Positions 57,617-64,000 of a DNA stretch of 64,000 bases are shown here, one piece after another. A program made the translations under genes and the position numbers. This stretch comes from an uncultured Bacteroidales bacterium. Lineage in GTDB: Bacteria > Bacteroidota > Bacteroidia > Bacteroidales > VadinHA17. The notes below the pieces were generated by a model. That model was not told the origin of the DNA and did no database searches. It was given only the letters and a program-made list of their open reading frames with translations. The DNA lies in the NCBI GenBank assembly GCA_963846335.1, contig CAWJVS010000016.1, forward strand, positions 128,746-192,745. The letters are read 5' to 3'. Within the stretch, counting starts at the first letter, position 1; every line of letters starts with the position of its first letter.

Positions 57617-58919
57617 ATGGAAATTTGGAACCGTCATTTCGAATGCATGGACCGGGATGAACTGAGACATGTTCAGAGTGAAAGACTCAGGGAGACCGTT
57701 GAAAGAGTTTACTTCAATGTGCCTTACTACAGGACCAGGATGCAGGAGGCAGGATTAGGGCCGGAAAGCATACAATCAATTGATGATCTTCATAAATTGC
57801 CGTTTACAACAAAGCTTGATCTCAGAGATAATTATCCTTTCGGATTATTTGCAGTTCCGATGAGCGAGATTGTCCGTGTTCATGCATCATCTGGCACTAC
57901 AGGAAAACCAACAGTTGTTGGCTATACCAGGAGTGATATTGCAACATGGTCGGAAGTAATGGCACGAACACTCACATGTGCAGGAGCAAACCGTAATGAT
58001 TTTATTCAGATAGCCTATGGATACGGACTTTTTACAGGAGGACTCGGACTTCATTACGGTGGTGAAAAGATCGGCGCATCGGTTATTCCGATTTCAGGAG
58101 GCAATACTACCCGGCAGATACAGCTTATGCACGATTTCGGAAGCACTGTACTTGCATGCACTCCATCATATGCATTATTTCTTTCAGAAGCAATTCAGGA
58201 AAGCGGCATTAAACGAGAAGATCTGAAACTGAGGGTAGGTGTATTCGGAGCTGAACCATGGACTGAAAACATGAGACGGGAGATAGAGGATAAACTAAGG
58301 ATAAAGGCAATTGATATTTATGGACTGAGCGAGGTAATCGGTCCTGGTGTAGCAAGCGAATGCCTGATACAGGAAGGACTTCATATCAACGAAGATCATT
58401 TCTATCCTGAGATTATTGATCCTGAAACCCTGGAGGTTCTTCCTCCGGGAAGTTCGGGTGAACTGGTCTTTACATCACTCACAAAGGAGGGATTGCCACT
58501 GATACGTTACCGCACACGCGATCTTACACGGCTTAACTTATGAAAAATGCAAGTGCGGAAGAACAATGGTGAGGATGGAAAAATGTCTTGGACGAAGCGA
58601 TGATATGCTGATTATCAGGGGAGTTAACCTCTTTCCTTCACAGGTAGAGAGTGTTCTTCTTGAAATGAGTGAAATAAAACCTCATTATCTTCTTATCGTT
58701 GACAGGATCAATAATCTCGATACACTTGAACTGAAGGTTGAGGTGGATGAGGCATTCTTTCAGGATAAGATAAGCCAGCTGGAAGCCCTTCGCCAGAAAC
58801 TTCAGAATAATCTTGAAAATGCTCTCGGTCTTGGAATTAAAGTAACACTTGTTGAACCAAAAATGATTGAAAGAAGCGAAGGCAAGGCAAAACGGGTGAT
58901 TGATAACAGGAAATTCTGA
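57617..58919 (+). pseudogene. paaK: Phenylacetate-CoA ligase, one frameshift near 58535 as assembled
   Basis: [32 protein letters not shown] then (shifted) [38 protein letters not shown]. Confidence 0.85.
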
Positions 58920-58973
58920 TTGATTTATTACTTTTACATTTTTTTTCAAACACATTGCATACTGATCAATAAA

Positions 58974-60289
58974 ATGAAAAATACTCCGGTTGATTCCATC
59001 CTTGTAAAAAGGAAGGTTGCTGAAAGTGGCCTTACAAATCTGGGAACTGCAACAATCAGGGAGATAGTGAAGCTTGTCAACCAGATTGAGAAAGAATCCG
59101 GAATAAAATATGTGAGGATGGAGATGGGAGTGCCGGGACTGCCTGCACCGCAGATTGCAATTGATGCTGAAATTGAATCACTCAAAAAGGGTGTCGCTTC
59201 AGACTATCCGAATATTGAAGGAATCCCGCTGCTAAAAGAGGAAACATCAAGGTTCATTAAGCTTTTCCTTGATCTCGATATTGATCCGCAGGGATGTATT
59301 CCAACTGTTGGTTCAATGATGGGATCAATGGTCAGTTTCCTTGTGGCCAACAGGAATGACAGGACAAAGGAAGGTACACTCTTTCTTGATCCTGGCTTCC
59401 CTGTACAGAAACAGCAGGTTAAGATGCTCGGACATGATTATTATTCTTTTGATATATTTGAATACAGGGGAAAAAAGCTGAAAGGTAAGCTTGAATCATT
59501 TCTCAAGCCAGGAAAAATTTCTTCAATTCTCTATTCAAATCCGAATAATCCGACATGGATGTGTCTGAATGAAGAAGAACTTGCCATTATTGGTGAACTT
59601 TCAAGAAAATATGATGTTATTGTAATTGAAGATCTTGCTTATTTTGGAATGGATTTCAGAAAAGATTATTCAGTTCCCGGTACAGCCTCCATTTCAGCCA
59701 ACAATCGGAAAGTATACAGATGATTATATTATTCTTATATCGAGTTCGAAAATATTCAGTTATGCAGGCCAGAGAATTGGGATGATGGCAATATCAGATC
59801 ATTTATACGACAGGCAGTATCCTGACCTCTTAAGATATTATTCCACAGATAAGTTTGGTCATTCCATGGTCTTTGGAGGCTTGTACGGCTTATCTGCAGG
59901 AGTTGCACATTCATCTCAGTATGGACTGGCGGCATTGCTTAAGGCAGTCAACGAAGGGACATATAAATTTATTGAAGATGTAAGGGAATACGGTGAAAGG
60001 GCGAGGGTGATGAAAGCTCTTTTTACTGCCAATGGATTTAAGATTACATATGATATGGATCTGGATGAGCCGTTGGCGATGGTTTCTATTTTACCATTTC
60101 ATATCCCGGAATGACAGGCAGTGAATTGCTTGAGGAGCTTCTCTGTTACGGGATCAGCGCAATATCGCTTGAAATAACAGGCAGTAAAAGGAATGATGGG
60201 TTAAGAGCATGTGTCTCACATGTTCGGAGGAACAATTTGGTGATCTTGAGGCTCGTTTGAAAATGTTCAGTGAAGGATCATCCTGTTAA
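58974..60289 (+). pseudogene. Class I/II PLP-dependent aminotransferase, at least three frameshifts (about 59680, 60095, 60225) as assembled
   Basis: YSNPNNPTWMCL, IEDLAYFGMDF, then (shifted) SSSKIFSYAGQRIGMMA (PLP-Lys region), then DGFYFTISYPGMTGSELLEELL... and ...EEQFGDLEARLKMF. Confidence 0.7.
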
Positions 60290-60310
60290 AATGAATTAAA
60301 ATATGAATTT

Positions 60311-60535
60311 ATGGCAAAAATAAGAGGCAGTATAGTTGTTAATGTTGAAAGATGCAAGGGATGCGAAGTATGCATGGTTTCCTGTCCGACAGGTACCATA
60401 GCAATGGCCAAGGAGGTGAATGGAAAGGGTTATAATTATGCATATCCCGCAAATCCTGATCTTTGCATTGGCTGTGCCAGTTGCGCAATGGTTTGTCCGG
60501 ATGGAGTTATAACAGTATATAAAACAAAAATTTAG
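60311..60535 (+). CDS. 2-oxoacid:ferredoxin oxidoreductase delta subunit (2x[4Fe-4S] ferredoxin)
   Basis: CKGCEVCMVSCP and CIGCASCAMVCP motifs in 74 aa, immediately upstream of the alpha subunit. Confidence 0.85.
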   Translation: MAKIRGSIVVNVERCKGCEVCMVSCPTGTIAMAKEVNGKGYNYAYPANPDLCIGCASCAMVCPDGVITVYKTKI

Positions 60536-60542
60536 GCATCCA

Positions 60543-61614
60543 ATGGAAAAGGAATTAAGATTGATGAAGGGCAATGAGGCAGTCGCTGAAGCTGCAATCC
60601 GTGCCGGTGCCGATGGTTATTTTGGCTATCCTATTACACCTCAGAGCGAAATACTCGAATACCTTATGGAAGCAAATCCTGCTGAAACCACAGGCATGGT
60701 TGTTCTTCAGGCTGAAAGTGAGGTTGCTGCCATAAATATGGTTTACGGCGGTGCCGGCTGCGGTAAAAAGGTTATGACATCTTCATCTTCTCCGGGGATA
60801 AGCCTTAAGCAGGAGGGTATATCATATATCGCCGGAGCCGAGCTTCCCTGTCTTATTGTTAATGTGGTGAGGGGAGGACCCGGACTGGGTACTATCCAGC
60901 CTGCACAGTCAGATTATTTCCAGGCTGTTAAGGGCGGAGGACATGGCGATTATAAAATGATTGTTCTGGCACCTGCCTCTGTTCAGGAAATGGCCGATTT
61001 TGTTGATCTGGGTTTTGAACTTGCATTTAAATACCGGACTCCGGTAATGATGCTTTCTGACGGAGCCATAGGCCAGATGATGGAAAAAGTCTATCTGAGC
61101 CCGCAGAAAGAAAGGATGAAGACTTTTCCTGAATGGGCCACTACCGGAAAACCAGCTACAAGACCAAGGAATATAATTACTTCGCTTGACCTTGATCCTC
61201 ATGGACAGGAGATCTTTATACAAAAGCTGCAGGAGAAGTATAATGAGATAAAGGAAAAAGAGGTCAGGTATGAAGAGTTCCGTGTCGAAGATGCTGAATA
61301 TCTTCTCGTTGCTTACGGTACAAGCGCCAGAGTTTGTCAGAAGGCAGTCCAGACTGGCAGGGCAATAGGGCATTAAAGTTGGTTTGCTGAGACCTATTAC
61401 CCTTTTCCCGTTCCCTTCCGAAAGGATCAATGAACTTGCTGAAAGGGTCAGAGGTATTCTGTCGGTCGAAATGAGCGCAGGGCAGATGGTGGAGGATGTT
61501 ATGCTTTCCGTAAACGGTAAAGTTCCGGTAAAGCATTTCGGAAGAAACGGAGGAATTATAACAACGCCTGAAGAGGTGGTGGAAAATCTGAAATCAATAT
61601 TTATCGGAGGTTAG
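60543..61614 (+). pseudogene. 2-oxoacid:ferredoxin oxidoreductase alpha subunit, one frameshift near 61365 as assembled
   Basis: GNEAVAEAAIRAGADGYFGYPITPQSEI..., ORF 1 ends ...TGRAIGH*. The shifted frame continues GIKVGLLRPITLFPFP.... Confidence 0.85.
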
Positions 61615-61617
61615 GAT

Positions 61618-62398
61618 ATGATTGAAATTACAGGAATAAAGGAGATTGTAAAACCTGAAAATCTCGCATACAGGAAATCTGTTTTACTTACAGAAAATGT
61701 TATGTCATATTGTCCGGGCTGCGGACATGGAACAGTTCACAGGATTCTTGCAGAGGTCATTGATGAAGAGGGTCTGCAATCATCAGACAATTGGTATATC
61801 GCCTGTCGGTTGTTCTGTTCTGATGTATAATTATCTGGATATTGATATACAGCAGGCAGCACACGGACGCGCACCGGCAGTTGCTACCGCAATAAAAAGG
61901 CTTTTGCCTGACAATTTTGTTTTTACATACCAGGGCGACGGTGATCTTGCTGCTATCGGGACTGCAGAGACTATCCATGCCTGCAACAGGGGGGAAAATA
62001 TACTTATTATCTTTATCAACAACGGCATATACGGAATGACCGGCGGTCAGATGGCTCCCACAACACTGGAAGGTATGAAATCATCCACATCGCCAATGGG
62101 CAGGGTAGTAAAAACCATGGGAAATCCGCTCAAGATGACCGATATTGTAGCAACACTTCCCGGCACCTATTATGTTACACGCCAGAGTGTCCATACACCG
62201 GCCAATGTTCGTAAAACAAAAAAGGCAATAAGAAAAGCAGTTCAATATCAGAAGCTTGACAGGGGTACCTGTTTTATTGAAATAGTATCAAATTGTCCCT
62301 CAGGCTGGAAGATGACTCCGGTGCAGTCAAATAAATGGATGGAGGAGACCATGTTTCCCTATTATCCTCTCGGAGATATGAAAACTCCGGAAGAATAG
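61618..62398 (+). pseudogene. 2-oxoacid:ferredoxin oxidoreductase beta (TPP-binding) subunit, one frameshift near 61775 as assembled
   Basis: YCPGCGHGTVHRILAEVIDE..., then (shifted) TIGISPVGCSV...GDGDLAAIG...INNGIYGMTGGQ. Confidence 0.85.
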
Positions 62399-62429
62399 TC
62401 TTTTTTAATATTATGAAATCATCAGAAAA

Positions 62430-62984
62430 ATGACGGAAGAAATTATTATTGCAGGTTTTGGAGGACAGGGTGTACTGTCAATGGGTAAAATTATGGCATA
62501 TTCAGCGGTGATGCAGGATATGGAGGTAAGCTGGATGCCATCATATGGCCCTGAGATGAGAGGCGGAACCGCTAATGTAACTGTGATAATAAGTGACGAA
62601 AGGATTAGCTCACCCATTATCAGACATTTCGATACTGCAATAATTCTTAACCAGCAATCGCTCGACAAGTTTGAAGAATCAGTAAAGCCGGGCGGGGTAC
62701 TTATATACGACATCAACGGCATAACACGACATCCTGAACGAAAAGATATAACCATCTACCGGGTAAATGCAACCGAAGAGGCTGCAAAGATGAACAATGT
62801 GAAAATCTTCAATATGATCGTTATGGGAGGTTTTATTAAGGTAAAACCTATCATTAAACTTGAGAATATTATTAAAGGATTAAAGAAATCTCTTCCGGAA
62901 AGAAACCACAGTCTGATACCTCTGAATGAAAAAGCTCTTATACGGGGAGAACAGATAATTGAAGAGGTAGGAAAGGGGAAATAA
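62430..62984 (+). CDS. 2-oxoacid:ferredoxin oxidoreductase gamma subunit
   Basis: IIIAGFGGQGVLSMGKIMA...YGPEMRGGTANV in 184 aa. Confidence 0.85.
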   Translation: MTEEIIIAGFGGQGVLSMGKIMAYSAVMQDMEVSWMPSYGPEMRGGTANVTVIISDERISSPIIRHFDTAIILNQQSLDKFEESVKPGGVLIYDINGITRHPERKDITIYRVNATEEAAKMNNVKIFNMIVMGGFIKVKPIIKLENIIKGLKKSLPERNHSLIPLNEKALIRGEQIIEEVGKGK

Positions 62985-63128
62985 GGGTACTGGGTACTGG
63001 GTGCTGGTTGCTGGGTATAAGGTGCATGGTGCAGCCAAGTCAACCTAATAATAGAATTGTAAACGCGGAGATTAGCAAAAGTTTCCCCTCCTTCAAAAGC
63101 TAATCTTTCATCACAACTTCTCTAAATT

Positions 63129-63272
63129 TTAACCACTGACTTTCACTGAGTTATCACAGAGGTACACAGTTTGGGTCTTTGTTACATCAGGGATCATTCA
63201 TCCAGCGTATAATAATGCTCAATGCTATCCTCTGTGTAACTTCGTGCAAACTCCGTGATCCTCAGTGGTTAA
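63129..63272. repeat. 144-bp MITE-like element with TTAACCACTGA(C/G) terminal inverted repeats
   Basis: The left end TTAACCACTGAC...CACTGAGTTATCACAGAGGTACACAG pairs with the right end CTCTGTGTAACTTCGTGCAAACTCCGTGATCCTCAGTGGTTAA. It belongs to the same terminal-word family as 12374..12528. Confidence 0.7.
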
Positions 63273-63315
63273 TGGATCTAATTATAGATGTGTACAAAGA
63301 TAAGCTTCAAAAGGA

Positions 63316-63338
63316 GAGCCTGCCCCGCCCTGGCGGGG
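63316..63338 (+). repeat. GC-rich palindromic element, family GAGCCTGCCCCGCCYTGGCRGGG (copy 2)
   Basis: Matches the reverse complement of 7360..7382 at 21 of 23 positions. Confidence 0.7.
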
Positions 63339-63403
63339 GAGAATATCACGACCTAATTGAATTTCAACATTAAAATCACTTTACTCTTAATTGAATTGCG
63401 AGC

Positions 63404-64000
63404 TTACTTCTCGTAAAAATGCATCTCCTCAATATATTTCCAGACAGGTGCCGGAACGAAGTATGACATATCCTTGCCGTGTTTTATACCTTTCCTTATG
63501 AAAGTACCTGAAATGTCCATCTGCGGAGCATCTGCGCGGTGAATCTCTGCTGTTGAAAGGATACGTTCCAGCAGGGCAGATGATGGTTTTACAATTCCAG
63601 GTCTCGGATAATAGTATATCGGATATTTATTTATGAGCTCCTCTGCATTCTTCCATTTATGGAGCGTATACAGGTTATCTTCACCCATTACAAGACAGAA
63701 TTCATTTTTGGGATATTTTTCATGCAGGGAAGTAAGTGTATCGATTGTATAAGATGGCAATGCAAGCCTGAATTCAATGTCTGAAGCCTTCAGCCTGTCA
63801 TTGTCTCCGATAGCAAGCTGAACCATATACAGACGCTGGTGACCGGCAAGAAGAGTTTCTTTATTTTTTAACGGATTATGCGGACTCACAATAAACCACA
63901 CCTCCCTGAGCCTGGTAAATTCAGTCATATACCCGGCAATGGCGATGTGTCCGATGTGAATGGGATTAAATGATCCGAAATACAGGCCAATTTTAGCCAT
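63404..64000 (-). CDS. nadD: Nicotinate-nucleotide adenylyltransferase
   Basis: MAKIGLYFGSFNPIHIGHIAI (HxGH motif) and the ISGTFIR motif. The ATG is exactly at the window edge (63998..64000). Confidence 0.9.
   Translation of the reverse strand: MAKIGLYFGSFNPIHIGHIAIAGYMTEFTRLREVWFIVSPHNPLKNKETLLAGHQRLYMVQLAIGDNDRLKASDIEFRLALPSYTIDTLTSLHEKYPKNEFCLVMGEDNLYTLHKWKNAEELINKYPIYYYPRPGIVKPSSALLERILSTAEIHRADAPQMDISGTFIRKGIKHGKDMSYFVPAPVWKYIEEMHFYEK

Noticed and set aside
26694-62398. Programmed ribosomal frameshifting or recoding as an explanation for the split genes
   Set aside because: There are too many events, up to three per gene, in unrelated families, with no shared slippery heptamer or downstream structure that I could see. 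Indel errors or decay are simpler explanations.
1-64000. tRNA, rRNA, tmRNA or other standard RNA genes
   Set aside because: I spotted no cloverleaf-like or rRNA-like segments in the intergenic regions by eye. This is a weak negative, and a covariance-model scan would be needed to exclude them.

Overview
This 64-kb window reads like an AT-rich chromosome of an anaerobic Bacteroidota-type organism. The taxonomic call is inference from lipoprotein signal peptides, TAnnTTTG-type promoter boxes and glycoside-hydrolase islands. There are four blocks. (i) 1-25.1 kb holds fucose and sulfated-glycan utilisation genes: two GH29, one GH95, a sulfatase, FucP, a beta-helix protein, a 1196-aa jelly-roll glycosidase and a URO-D-like protein. 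This block also contains a GntP permease and glycerate kinase pair, which is split by a two-gene DUF1670-like cassette flanked by inverted G-rich repeats. (ii) 25-36 kb holds mixed housekeeping and envelope genes. (iii) 36-55 kb is a [FeFe]-hydrogenase regulon. A NuoE/NuoF/HydA-type trimeric hydrogenase is flanked by two different sensory hydrogenase paralogues, one PAS plus PP2C-linked and one histidine-kinase-fused. The block also has receiver proteins, Rex with candidate Rex boxes, and the maturases HydG and HydE. With the maturases sit a tandem TM1266-like regulator and a divergent tryptophanase/tyrosine-phenol-lyase-family gene, which is preceded by a Tyr-rich leader ORF and an intrinsic terminator. 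(iv) 55-63 kb is an arylacetate/2-oxoacid module: ADP-forming acyl-CoA synthetase, ACT protein, PaaK, an aminotransferase and a four-subunit 2-oxoacid:ferredoxin oxidoreductase. NadD follows at the window edge. Intergenic regions are packed with several families of GC-rich palindromic and word-like repeats. By my reading there are about 25 frameshifts in 15 otherwise well-conserved genes, clustered in three stretches. This looks more like consensus indel error than gene decay, so I report those genes as single spans. I recognised no rRNA, tRNA or CRISPR array by eye. All family assignments are from motif recognition without database searches.
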